From Actinomycetota bacterium (GTDB lineage: Bacteria; Actinomycetota; Actinomycetes; S36-B12; UBA10799): a stretch of DNA of 64,000 nt. Shown here piece after piece: positions 48,381 to 57,447 of this stretch. The stretch is taken from positions 22,718 through 86,717 of the forward strand of contig CAUJDH010000088.1 in the NCBI GenBank assembly GCA_963169225.1, given 5' to 3'. The position numbers and the translations under genes are program-made. The notes under the pieces were generated by a model, which saw only the letters and a program-made list of their open reading frames with translations, was not told the DNA's origin and searched no databases. Position 1 is the stretch's first letter. Each line of letters begins with the position of its first letter.

Positions 48381-51035
48381 CTATTCGCTTGCGTGCAAGA
48401 TTCCGTGAGCACCTTTCTCGGCGTCAGACATTATGTGGGTCACGAACGGATAGTTGCCAGCCTCAGGAATCTTCAGTTCGACATAGCCTCCTTGTGCCGG
48501 CTGCATGGCCATTGCTTGAGCACCGCCTGAACCCTTGCCATCCAACAAAAAGGCACCCTCAAACCACACTCGATCAAACTGTCCACCGACCACATGGAAA
48601 GAACTCGGACGGTTGGGGCCAGCATCCAGTACCCAGAAACGTACGCGATCTCCAACCTTGGCTTGCAATGGACGGAAGTCGTACTGCATGGGGAAACCAT
48701 TGAAAGTAACTAGACTCGGTTGACCTGCCAAAACCTTTGCAGCGTCTGCCGTGCCACCTTGTGATCCCAAGTAAACCTCAGATTGAACTAGCACAAACTC
48801 CCGGTCGACTTTGGGGAGATCGGGCGGATCAATGATCACTGCTCCAAACATTCCATTGGCGATGTGAACTGACATAGGCATAGTCGAGCAGTGGTACATC
48901 CAGATGCCAGCACGATTTGCGGTGAACGTGTAGGTAAGACTCTCACCCGGTGGAATAGTGCGCATCGGCTTGTCCGGCGCCAAGGCTCCGGCATGGAAGT
49001 CGATCGAATGACCGATCGTGCCATCGTTCACCAGCGTCACAATGAACTTGTCACCGACTTTTCCACGCAGAGTTGGCCCTGGCACCTCACCGCCAAAAGT
49101 CCAACGCATCTGCCGAATCCCTGGTGCGACCTCCTGTTCGGTTTCACTCACCTTCAGTCGAACTCGATGTACCTTCTCTTTGGTTGTTGCGGGCAGAACA
49201 GCGCTACGCGCTTTGAAATCAGCCCCAGGATCGTTCATGATCCTTTGAAGCGCTTGTGAATCGAGGTCTACAGAATCAGACCCACCCTCAGACTTATCAC
49301 TCCCATGTACATGTTGGTCATGGGCGGAACTTGAGTGGCCGACATTTGCAGAGGTAAGGTCAGGGTTCGCGTTCGGACCTGTGGCAACAATGCGCAACAC
49401 CATACCCATTTGTCGATGGCCTGCGACAGAGCACCAGCCATCCATGTCCCGACCAACAACTCCAACGTCGATAGTGGCCGATTCACCAGGCTTTAACTTG
49501 CCAGTGGTCTGACCGGATTCGAGAACCAAGTCATGAACATCGTCACCCGTATTCTCCAAATTAATGATCAAGTTGTTTCCGGCTGGAACCTGGATCTCAT
49601 CGGGAGTAAACCGCATTCCTTGAATCTTCAAGTTTGCGGTAGTCGTCTGGCCAGTGGGAGCAACACCAGCAGAAATGCTCACATTAGAGCCCGTACCCAA
49701 ACCCAGTGCGGCAGGATCGACTGCACCGCCGACGGCAACAGCAAGGATCACCACCGATAGTCCAACAATCACCGAGCCTCCCAGATGAGCCGGAGACTTG
49801 ACCTCCGCCCTCGTACCTCGACTGGAGGCTGCCGACTCTGCTTGCACCGACTCTGGTGGCTTACCCATCGCCCTAATCAACAGCGGCAGCGTCCACGCTA
49901 GCGATACCAGGACCACTACCGAAGCGACGACTCGAATTACGCTCGGCACAGGGAGTACACAGACCACCAGCGCACCATTAGCTGCTACGACTCGAGCTAC
50001 TCCACCCCGATTTGTAACCCGATGGCGCCATCGCATGGCTGCTGGCCCTCCCCCGGTCATGGTCGGCAACAAGAAGCTCAGTGAACCCAGGAGCACCTGA
50101 ACAACACATCCAACGATTACTGCCGCGCTCAACGATCCAGCACTCTCTGCGACAGCAACCCAATCCGAGGATGTTGCCACAATTGCACCAAGAGCAAGGA
50201 TGCCAATTCCCATCCAGATGACAGAAGCGAGAACGGTCAAGGTGGCAAAGTCCACTGGCGGCCTTTTGATCATTGCTCGAACAAAAGGACCTGCTAGTAC
50301 CGCGAGACCCGCGAAGTACAAAACCAACCCCAAGACAACCAGTACTTGAATACCCACGATGAAGCCGGCGGTAGTCAATACCGAACCCGCGATAAGCAGC
50401 GGCAGTGCCCCGATTCCAGCTCGTTGGGCCTGGTCATCAATCAGAGTGCGCAAAATCGTCGGCCAAAAGGTGATTAGCGTCCCCAAAATGGCAAGTCCGA
50501 TCCAACCTAGAAGAGCTCCCACAGCATGCGCGAGAATGACTTGTTCGTGACTCAAAGGTCCATGACCTTGGGACAGTTGAACGCCAAGTACGACCACACC
50601 AACGAACAAGATTCCAGCCGCCGCGTAGTAGTAGACCGACACGAAGAACCTAGACACGAGCGCTTTGCGCATGCGCACCAACATCGATACCACGTGCCAA
50701 ACGACGGCAGTAACCAGCAAAAGCGCACCAGCTATCACTGCAGCCGAGAACTGCGCGACGACACCAACAATGACTGCAATGACACCGAAATTCAAGAGAA
50801 CCAGTCGTGCTACACGGGTCCTGACCGGTGTGTCAGGAAGCCGCAAAAGTGAGGTGGCAAAATGATCGCTCCAGATCAGGATTGCGTTGGTTGCAGCTCC
50901 TAGCAGCATCAAGTGAACCAAGAGCCAATGAGAACTGGGGAGATTTCGATGAAAAATGCTGACCAATACAGTTGCTGCCATCCAGAAAATAACGATTGCA
51001 CCCATTCGGCGATGCCAAGTTGCACGACTAATCAT
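48381..51035 (-). CDS. nirK: Membrane-anchored three-module copper nitrite reductase: polytopic His-bearing membrane domain + cupredoxin + NirK core
   Basis: The ORF is 884 aa. Residues 1-440 have about a dozen hydrophobic segments. Residues ~465-552 form a cupredoxin with candidate T1Cu ligands H501 (DDVHDL) and C535/H540/M545 (WCSVAGHRQMGM). A His-rich linker GHSSSAHDQHVHGSD follows. Residues ~620-884 form a NirK core with GHSIDFHAG (T1 His, catalytic Asp, T2 His), YHCSTMPMSVHIANGM (T2 His, T1 Cys, His, Met), SFHVVGGQ (catalytic His) and FVTHIMSDAEKGA (T2 His). Confidence 0.88.
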   Translation of the reverse strand: MISRATWHRRMGAIVIFWMAATVLVSIFHRNLPSSHWLLVHLMLLGAATNAILIWSDHFATSLLRLPDTPVRTRVARLVLLNFGVIAVIVGVVAQFSAAVIAGALLLVTAVVWHVVSMLVRMRKALVSRFFVSVYYYAAAGILFVGVVVLGVQLSQGHGPLSHEQVILAHAVGALLGWIGLAILGTLITFWPTILRTLIDDQAQRAGIGALPLLIAGSVLTTAGFIVGIQVLVVLGLVLYFAGLAVLAGPFVRAMIKRPPVDFATLTVLASVIWMGIGILALGAIVATSSDWVAVAESAGSLSAAVIVGCVVQVLLGSLSFLLPTMTGGGPAAMRWRHRVTNRGGVARVVAANGALVVCVLPVPSVIRVVASVVVLVSLAWTLPLLIRAMGKPPESVQAESAASSRGTRAEVKSPAHLGGSVIVGLSVVILAVAVGGAVDPAALGLGTGSNVSISAGVAPTGQTTTANLKIQGMRFTPDEIQVPAGNNLIINLENTGDDVHDLVLESGQTTGKLKPGESATIDVGVVGRDMDGWCSVAGHRQMGMVLRIVATGPNANPDLTSANVGHSSSAHDQHVHGSDKSEGGSDSVDLDSQALQRIMNDPGADFKARSAVLPATTKEKVHRVRLKVSETEQEVAPGIRQMRWTFGGEVPGPTLRGKVGDKFIVTLVNDGTIGHSIDFHAGALAPDKPMRTIPPGESLTYTFTANRAGIWMYHCSTMPMSVHIANGMFGAVIIDPPDLPKVDREFVLVQSEVYLGSQGGTADAAKVLAGQPSLVTFNGFPMQYDFRPLQAKVGDRVRFWVLDAGPNRPSSFHVVGGQFDRVWFEGAFLLDGKGSGGAQAMAMQPAQGGYVELKIPEAGNYPFVTHIMSDAEKGAHGILHASE

Positions 51036-52278
51036 GACTTCCCCTCTCAGTCTGACTTTCGCGATCTGGATCCTTTCCTACAAGTGGCAACAGCGTTGGA
51101 GCACCGACCGACCCAGTGGGCACCACCGAATCTCGCTCATACTTACTATGCGACCGCAGACCATCGGCCTGGGCCCCAAGCACCACTGACCCCACTGCCA
51201 CAACCAGGAAAAGCATCATGGCGAAGACATTCGTTGCACCGCCAACCTGCCAAGCCCACGTGATTGATCTGAGATCTCCAACAAATACCCGAAGAATCAA
51301 TGACGCTTGCAAAATGATCAATGGGATCCACATAACTGCTCGATACGGCAATGGCCTACCCAAAACCGCGGGCAAGATGATCGGCGCATGTCCGAGCACC
51401 ATAGACAAAGCAAAGCCAATAAACACGGCATGAATCGTGAGGTCGTAGAGTCCTGCCGAACTGTCGGGGTCAATCGCAACCCACATGACACCGGCGAAGG
51501 CAAGCCAGATGTACCCACTGAGCAAACAAGCGGCCGTATATCGTGGCAGCCCCGAACTCCTAATGGTCTTCATTGCAATGTCGTACCGCAAAAGCCAACC
51601 CACTAACGCTAGTAGCGAACACCCGAAGATCACCAATCCCACCGTGTGCCACAAAAGCGAACCTGCAGCACCGACGGCCGTCGCAACCGCAAAGCTGAGT
51701 GCCCACGATTCTGCCCGCGGCGACCCAATATTCAACCGCGCCAGGTCAAGACGTTCACCAACGATGGTCAAGACTATGAAGCCACAGAGCCACGGCACTA
51801 TGAGTTCCGTGGCTGTTCCCCCAAGCCACAAGCATGCAGCACCCACAGCAAGCACTGCACCAAGAATTTGGACACTAAGTGCGGTATTGGGAACGCGCTT
51901 CCAAGCCAGTCGATAACACTCGACTAGGCCCAAGCTTCCAATTAGCTGAAGCGCCTCCCCTACTTGTTGCGGTAAGTCCGTCAACAGCAAGATGGCACCC
52001 AGACCAAATCCGACAGGTGCGATAAAGGCCCATGGTTTTCGCACCGCAACCGCGCGTTCCAGCGAAATAAGCGTGCCAAGGAATCCAAATACCATCAGTT
52101 GGGCATGTAGGAGTTCAAGATTGTTGCCAACAAGCGGCGCTTCGAACCCAAGCAAGATAAGGCCGAAGTTCATGCCCACTATCAGACTGATTCCCCCTAA
52201 AACCAAGAGCGCATATCGAACACCCATAACTCGACTACGTTGGGATCCCACTGTTGAGCGCTGCGCCTGTTGGTTCAT
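51028..52278 (-). CDS. Polytopic membrane protein, NnrS-like (tentative), paralogous-looking to the NirK N-terminal domain
   Basis: This 416 aa ORF has about 12 hydrophobic segments. LLHAQLMVFGFLGTLI resembles the NnrS HAHEMLFGF block, which I recall from memory. There is a second His block, TIHAVFIGFALSMVLGHAPIILPAVLGRPL. Its stop overlaps the nirK start by 8 nt. Confidence 0.55.
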   Translation of the reverse strand: MNQQAQRSTVGSQRSRVMGVRYALLVLGGISLIVGMNFGLILLGFEAPLVGNNLELLHAQLMVFGFLGTLISLERAVAVRKPWAFIAPVGFGLGAILLLTDLPQQVGEALQLIGSLGLVECYRLAWKRVPNTALSVQILGAVLAVGAACLWLGGTATELIVPWLCGFIVLTIVGERLDLARLNIGSPRAESWALSFAVATAVGAAGSLLWHTVGLVIFGCSLLALVGWLLRYDIAMKTIRSSGLPRYTAACLLSGYIWLAFAGVMWVAIDPDSSAGLYDLTIHAVFIGFALSMVLGHAPIILPAVLGRPLPYRAVMWIPLIILQASLILRVFVGDLRSITWAWQVGGATNVFAMMLFLVVAVGSVVLGAQADGLRSHSKYERDSVVPTGSVGAPTLLPLVGKDPDRESQTERGSHD

Positions 52279-52318
52279 GCTGTCCTCTCAGTCCTTATGA
52301 GGTGATCCCACTGTTGAC

Positions 52319-52996
52319 TTACATAACGAGCCGACAAGCTCCCGGTTCCGAAAATGGATGCAATTCGGCGGAATCTGTTTCAGCGCCGAAAGACTCCATG
52401 ACGCCCTGGACCAACCCGAGGTGTGCCGCACACACCACTTCGGGGTATTTGCGAGCGACATCAAGAAGTGGACAGCGGGTAAGAGCAGCCGATGTGCTCC
52501 GACTGTTTGCTTGAGGAGCAAATCCCAAGTGATCCAGAATTTCTACCACCCGCTTACGCGCTTGGCTTTTTTTCGTAGAACCGCGACGCGCCACCATGTC
52601 TTTACCCCATGCACGGCCCGCCTCAATAGCCTCAGCTCGGGGATCTTTTGAATTTGTCGCCATATAGGAAGCCAGTGCTCCGGCAAGACCAGCAAATTCC
52701 CTAACTCGCGGGTCATGTTCAGTCTGCAAATCAGATGCCTTGAACTGCCATGACGGTCTACCTCGACCGATCGGCGTCGACCGCACCCGATCTACCAGGC
52801 CAAGGTCAACGAGTGCATCTAAATGTTCTCGCACCGTGTTGTGGTGAAGTCCGGTCTGCGCAGCGATACTGGCAGCAGTTTCGCTCGACTGAGAAGCTTG
52901 CAACACTTCTAAGATTCGAGCTCGTGGCATCGAGATCGACCGAGGTGCCAGTCGGACAGGCCCAGGGCCCAGAGGTATGTCCTGATTATTTTTCAC
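52319..52996 (-). CDS. ArsR/SufR-like winged-helix regulator with C-terminal Cys/His motif
   Basis: The HTH region is RARILEVLQASQSSETAASIAAQTGLHHNTVREHLDALVDLGLVDR. The C-terminus is TRCPLLDVARKYPEVVCAAHLGLVQG...HPFSEPGACRL. I chose start GTG 52996, exactly 7 nt after a TACGGT -10, which would make the transcript leaderless. Alternative starts are ATG 52930 and the track start at 53065. Confidence 0.75.
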   Translation of the reverse strand: MKNNQDIPLGPGPVRLAPRSISMPRARILEVLQASQSSETAASIAAQTGLHHNTVREHLDALVDLGLVDRVRSTPIGRGRPSWQFKASDLQTEHDPRVREFAGLAGALASYMATNSKDPRAEAIEAGRAWGKDMVARRGSTKKSQARKRVVEILDHLGFAPQANSRSTSAALTRCPLLDVARKYPEVVCAAHLGLVQGVMESFGAETDSAELHPFSEPGACRLVM

Positions 52997-53003
52997 GGAG
53001 TTA

Positions 53004-53032
53004 ACCGTATAAAACCAATGCAAGGTAGTCAA
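53004..53032 (-). promoter_or_regulatory. Candidate promoter TTGACT-17 nt-TACGGT for the regulator/NnrS-like/nirK operon
   Basis: In minus sense the -35 TTGACT is at 53032-53027 and the -10 TACGGT (TAnnnT) is at 53009-53004. GTG 52996 begins 7 nt downstream. Confidence 0.35.
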
Positions 53033-53134
53033 CAAGCGCCCTACTGTTTCACCGACCAAAGACAATCAATGGATCGGTACAACCGGCTCAAGACCTGTGT
53101 TGTATGGCGTCAATCGCTAATAAGACCCAGCCAT

Positions 53135-53548
53135 CTAGTCAATAACGATGTGCTCTTTAACTTCCGCAATCTTTGACAAAAGCCCATTAACGAATCGGCC
53201 AGAATCATCGGTTGAGAGATCGGAAGCCAACTCGACGGCTTCTGAAATCGCCACGCCATCTGGCACATCGTCGGCCCATATGAGTTCCCAGGTGCCAATA
53301 CGCAGCACATTGCGATCAACTCGAGGCATACGTGCCACCGACCAACCAGAGGAATACGTCTCCATCAACTCATCAATTCGCTCGCGGTTGTCCACTACGC
53401 CATTGACGATCTCCGCGGTGTACGGGTTGATTTCAAAATCTGCGCGACCTTCCAGCGCCGTCAACGAATCAAGTGCCGATGTCCCGCGAACATCCGATTC
53501 AAATAACACGTCAAGTGCGCGCTTACGCGCCTTGGACCTTGCACTCAT
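53135..53548 (-). CDS. nusB: Transcription antitermination factor NusB
   Basis: I trimmed the start to ATG 53548 (MSARSKARKRALDVLFESDVRG), which is preceded by GAGAAGG. The gene follows efp. Confidence 0.93.
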   Translation of the reverse strand: MSARSKARKRALDVLFESDVRGTSALDSLTALEGRADFEINPYTAEIVNGVVDNRERIDELMETYSSGWSVARMPRVDRNVLRIGTWELIWADDVPDGVAISEAVELASDLSTDDSGRFVNGLLSKIAEVKEHIVID

Positions 53549-53592
53549 TGGATTACCTTCTCGACCTATGCCTGACCTGAGCAAAACAAGCT

Positions 53593-54156
53593 CTAGGAGG
53601 TAACGCGACTGATGTAGGAACCGTCGCGGGTATCCACTTTGATCTTCTCGCCAACTTCAAGAAACAACGGCACTTGAATCTGAGCGCCTGTCTCCAGTTT
53701 TGCAGGTTTAGTTCCGCCACTGGAACGATCACCTTGCAGACCCGGCTCGGTGTATTCGATCAACAGTTCTACGCTGGCAGGAAGCTCAATATAGAGCGGC
53801 GATCCATCATGAGTCGCGATGTTTGCTTCCTGGTTCTCAAGAAGGTAGTTCGAGGCATCTCCGACCACTGCTTCACTCACAGGAATCTGATCGTAAGTAT
53901 CGGTGTCCATAAAGATGTAGTCAGTACCGTCTTGATACAGGTACTGCATGGTGCGCTTGTCCACATTGGCTGTCTCAACCTTTAGACCAGCGTTGAACGT
54001 CTTGTCGACGACCTTGCCCGAAAGAACGTTCTTGAGCTTGGTGCGCACAAAAGCACCACCCTTGCCTGGCTTGACGTGTTGAAACTCAACAACGGTCCAG
54101 AGCTGGCCGTCCAGGTTGAGGACGGTGCCATTCTTAAGGTCGTTGGTGGTTGCCAC
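53593..54156 (-). CDS. efp: Elongation factor P
   Basis: This 187 aa ORF has the sequence [44 protein letters not shown]. Confidence 0.97.
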   Translation of the reverse strand: MATTNDLKNGTVLNLDGQLWTVVEFQHVKPGKGGAFVRTKLKNVLSGKVVDKTFNAGLKVETANVDKRTMQYLYQDGTDYIFMDTDTYDQIPVSEAVVGDASNYLLENQEANIATHDGSPLYIELPASVELLIEYTEPGLQGDRSSGGTKPAKLETGAQIQVPLFLEVGEKIKVDTRDGSYISRVTS

Positions 54157-54214
54157 TGGCGTACTCCAGACTTGTGGGGATCAAATTGAGCAAAATCAGG
54201 TTAACGATCCTAGT

Positions 54215-55228
54215 TTAGCCCACGCGTTTGAGACTTCGATCAACGTCGGTGAAGATCACAAGCTCACCATCGATCAGCGCGCAGGTGTCTTCGATCCGAA
54301 TGCCCCCACTACCCTCTACGTATAGGCCCGGTTCGATAGTGAACACACTGCGCTCCTCCAACACATCGACACTATTAGGGATGAGAAACGGGTACTCATG
54401 AATATCGAGACCCACTCCGTGCCCAAGACCGTGTAGAAACTGGTCAGCCACATCTTGGCCCAATAGATAGTCACGTGCCACGGCGTCAAGCTCAGCCCCA
54501 ATCAGGCCGGGTCGAACTGCCCGCTTGGCCGCTTCAGAGGCAGACAAAACCTGAGCATGCAATTCAAGTTGCCAATCCTCTGGCTCGGCGCCCACTATGA
54601 ACGATCGAGTGCAATCTGCGTTGTAACCGTCGACGCGCGCGCCGAAATCAATCTTGAGCAAGTCGCCCGCCAGGAGTTTGCTACTAGTTGGAGCATGGTG
54701 CGGGATGGCTGAGTTCGGCCCCGCCGCGACGATAGTCGCGAAGGCTCGATCCTCTGCCCCCAGCTTTGCCATTTCAAGTTCCAGCATCCGGGCGAGTTCC
54801 ACCTCGGTAAGGCCGATCCGGATCTGCGGCAAAAGGTTGGTGAGGCCTTCAACCGAAATCTCACAAGCTTGCCGAATCAACACGAGCTCATCGTCATCTT
54901 TGATCGCTCTGGCGCGAGCTACTGCTTCCGGTTGAGCTACCGGCTCTGGTGCAACCTGCACCAACTCAGTAAATCGCTCGAACGCAGCTTCTCGAACCTT
55001 GCTATCTATAACAAGTTCGAAATTGCCATCTAGTGCACGTGCCTGAGCGGCATACCTATTGTCCGTAGCAAGCACCAAATGTGAAGGACTAAGGATCGCC
55101 ACTGCGTTGCTGGAATTGAGCCCGGTTAACCAACGGATATCGGCTGGCTGATCAAGCAACAAAGGAGCAATCTCGTTCTCATCATCTAGCAATGCCAGCA
55201 GTCGCTGTCGACGATCTTCCATAGACAT
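54215..55228 (-). CDS. pepQ: M24-family Xaa-Pro aminopeptidase/dipeptidase
   Basis: This 337 aa ORF has metal-ligand blocks DFGARVDGYNADCTRSF, HGLGHGVGLDIHE and EPGLY...GIRIEDT. Confidence 0.8.
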   Translation of the reverse strand: MSMEDRRQRLLALLDDENEIAPLLLDQPADIRWLTGLNSSNAVAILSPSHLVLATDNRYAAQARALDGNFELVIDSKVREAAFERFTELVQVAPEPVAQPEAVARARAIKDDDELVLIRQACEISVEGLTNLLPQIRIGLTEVELARMLELEMAKLGAEDRAFATIVAAGPNSAIPHHAPTSSKLLAGDLLKIDFGARVDGYNADCTRSFIVGAEPEDWQLELHAQVLSASEAAKRAVRPGLIGAELDAVARDYLLGQDVADQFLHGLGHGVGLDIHEYPFLIPNSVDVLEERSVFTIEPGLYVEGSGGIRIEDTCALIDGELVIFTDVDRSLKRVG

Positions 55229-55242
55229 GCGGACAACTCTCG

Positions 55243-55695
55243 TTATTGCGAGTCAGTCGAGTCAGCAATCAGCCCGACCAAGACATCCAATGCCAATCGG
55301 TAGGAATCCACACCGAAGCCTGCGATCGTTCCGGATGCGACACCCGAGATCACCGAGTTGTGACGGAACTCTTCTCGTGCTGCTGGATTACTCAAATGAA
55401 CCTCGACCAGTGGCGCAGTAAGTTGAGCACACGCATCACGAAGTGCATAGGAGTAGTGAGTGAACGCGGCGGGATTCAAAACGACAGGAGTCGTGGAATC
55501 AGCGGCCGCATGAATCCATGAAATTAGTTCAGCTTCAGAATCCGTTTGTCGAACCTCAACGTCAAAACCGCCGTCAGCACCCCACTTGGTGCATAGCTCA
55601 ACCAATTCGTCGTAGCTCGTAGTGCCGTAGACCGAAGGTTCGCGTATACCAAGGCGCTGGATGTTCGGTCCGTTGAGCACAAGAACCTTCGACAT
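55243..55695 (-). CDS. aroQ: Type II 3-dehydroquinate dehydratase
   Basis: I trimmed the start to ATG 55695 (MSKVLVLNGPNIQRLGIREPSVYG), which is preceded by GAGGAGGTG. The ORF also has NPAAFTHYS and HLSN. Confidence 0.95.
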   Translation of the reverse strand: MSKVLVLNGPNIQRLGIREPSVYGTTSYDELVELCTKWGADGGFDVEVRQTDSEAELISWIHAAADSTTPVVLNPAAFTHYSYALRDACAQLTAPLVEVHLSNPAAREEFRHNSVISGVASGTIAGFGVDSYRLALDVLVGLIADSTDSQ

Positions 55696-55804
55696 CACAC
55701 ACCTCCTCAACGCGGGAAACTTCTCCACAACTCGACCAACTGATTGTGTTGATCATAGTGACTCGGCTCCCCATTGTTCTAGTCCAGCCGTTCTACCTCA
55801 GCTG

Positions 55805-56935
55805 CTAGTTATCGGCACTCACATTGTCGTAGGCAGCAAGCAGCACTGTCGGGTCTGGCCCCTCCAGCACTGTTGTTGACCCAACGCCATCAAGGATGAT
55901 GAAGCGTAGCAAATCACCATGAGTCTTCTTATCGATCTTCATTGCGTCTTCCAACGGTGCCCATTGTCCAGCTGAATAGGTCGTAGGCAAACCAAGCGAC
56001 ATCAGAATAGATCGATGTCGTTCAAGCAAGGACTCATCGATGCGACCAGATAAGGCCGCTAGTTCGGCCGCAAATACCATTCCGACGCTAATAGCCGCAC
56101 CGTGACGCCAGCGGTATTGCTCATTGCGTTCGATGGCGTGACCGAGCGTGTGCCCATAGTTGAGGATCTCTCTACTACGTTTACCAGCAGGGGCACCGTC
56201 GACTGACTCCTTTAAGTCTCCTGCAACAACCTCAGCCTTGACCTGCACTGAGCGGCGCACAAGCTCTGCAATAAGTTCGCCATGAGGATCCAGGGCTGCC
56301 TCAGGGTCCTCTTCGATCAGATCCAGAATCTCTGGATCTGCAATGAAACCACATTTGACGACTTCGGCAAGTCCCGTGACGTATTCAGCGTGTGGCATCG
56401 AACCGAGTGTTTGAAGATCGCAAAAAACTGCTTCCGGCGGATAAAAGCATCCGACCAAGTTTTTGCCTTCGGCGGTGTTTATTCCGGTCTTTCCGCCAAC
56501 CGCAGCATCGACCATGCCCAACACAGTCGTAGGTATCTGGATCAGAGGCACACCACGCAACCAGGTGGCTGCCACGAAGCCAGCCAAGTCCGTTGTAGCT
56601 CCCCCACCGAATCCGATCACAACATCAGTCCGGGTAAAGCCCGACTGACCAAGAACCGACCAACAGTAGGCCGCAACCTCTGCGGTCTTAGCTGCCTCGC
56701 CATCGGGAATCTCAATAGTGATGGGGGCATCGACACTAGTCAGAAGCTGTTCGCGAAAAGCAACGGCCTGATCCCGCAAGGTCGGCGGATGGATCACAGC
56801 TACCCGCACAGCACGTTCGCTGATCGCTTCGACCACTTGGGCGGCCAGATGATCACCGATGACAACGTCGTATTCCTTGTCGCCGCCAACATGCACTACT
56901 TGGGCGGGAGCGTTCACATCACGAGGATTCGTCAT
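55805..56935 (-). CDS. aroB: 3-dehydroquinate synthase
   Basis: This 376 aa ORF has the motifs GFGGGATTDLAGFVAATWLRG, GGKTGIN and NYGHTLGHAIE. Confidence 0.95.
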   Translation of the reverse strand: MTNPRDVNAPAQVVHVGGDKEYDVVIGDHLAAQVVEAISERAVRVAVIHPPTLRDQAVAFREQLLTSVDAPITIEIPDGEAAKTAEVAAYCWSVLGQSGFTRTDVVIGFGGGATTDLAGFVAATWLRGVPLIQIPTTVLGMVDAAVGGKTGINTAEGKNLVGCFYPPEAVFCDLQTLGSMPHAEYVTGLAEVVKCGFIADPEILDLIEEDPEAALDPHGELIAELVRRSVQVKAEVVAGDLKESVDGAPAGKRSREILNYGHTLGHAIERNEQYRWRHGAAISVGMVFAAELAALSGRIDESLLERHRSILMSLGLPTTYSAGQWAPLEDAMKIDKKTHGDLLRFIILDGVGSTTVLEGPDPTVLLAAYDNVSADN

Positions 56936-57447
56936 GCTGAACTCCTAACTAGATCAATAACTCTCTCGATCGTGTCTTCAACCGAATCACCACTGGCGTC
57001 GATTGTCACGCTGGCCACCGATTCATATACCGGACGCCTGGCTTGCAATAATTTGGCCATCTGGCCGCGCACATTGCCCAATAGGACTGGTCGTGGGGCG
57101 CCAAGTCCGGCACGAGTCGAGGCAACATCGGCCGTGACGTCTAGCCACACCACCTTGTGACCTTCGAGAGCCGCTTGAGTCTCAGACCTGAGTACAGCTC
57201 CACCACCAAGCGATAAAACCCCAGCACCATTTTGCAGAGCGTCTCCTACAACCTCGACTTCAAGATCGCGGAATGTTTCTTCGCCATCCTCAATGAAAAT
57301 GTCTTGGATCGACTTACCTGCGCGCTCGGCGATCAGTTCATCAGTATCCGTGAACGCCAATCCGAGTCGGTCGGCAACCGCCGTTCCAACCGTAGTCTTG
57401 CCAGCTCCTGGAGCACCAACCAATACCAACACAACTTGATTACTCAT
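56932..57447 (-). CDS. aroK: Shikimate kinase
   Basis: This 171 aa ORF has a P-loop [18 protein letters not shown] and SLGGGAV. Confidence 0.93.
   Translation of the reverse strand: MSNQVVLVLVGAPGAGKTTVGTAVADRLGLAFTDTDELIAERAGKSIQDIFIEDGEETFRDLEVEVVGDALQNGAGVLSLGGGAVLRSETQAALEGHKVVWLDVTADVASTRAGLGAPRPVLLGNVRGQMAKLLQARRPVYESVASVTIDASGDSVEDTIERVIDLVRSSA

Noticed and set aside
46709-53134. I looked for mobile-element hallmarks around the accessory segment: an integrase or transposase, an att direct repeat of the tRNA 3-prime end, and IS inverted repeats.
   Set aside because: I recognised none by eye. The segment is therefore reported only as accessory-looking, not as a defined mobile element.
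56282-57160. A 292-aa plus-strand ORF lies opposite aroB/aroK. Similar long antisense ORFs occur at 60204-61031 (opposite mltG), 58125-58649 (opposite aroC) and 25197-25823 (opposite sepF).
   Set aside because: Each lies entirely antisense to a gene with unmistakable conserved motifs. Their translations are Arg/Ser/Pro/Thr-biased low-information sequences typical of stop-poor antisense frames in GC-rich DNA, and none has an SD or start context.
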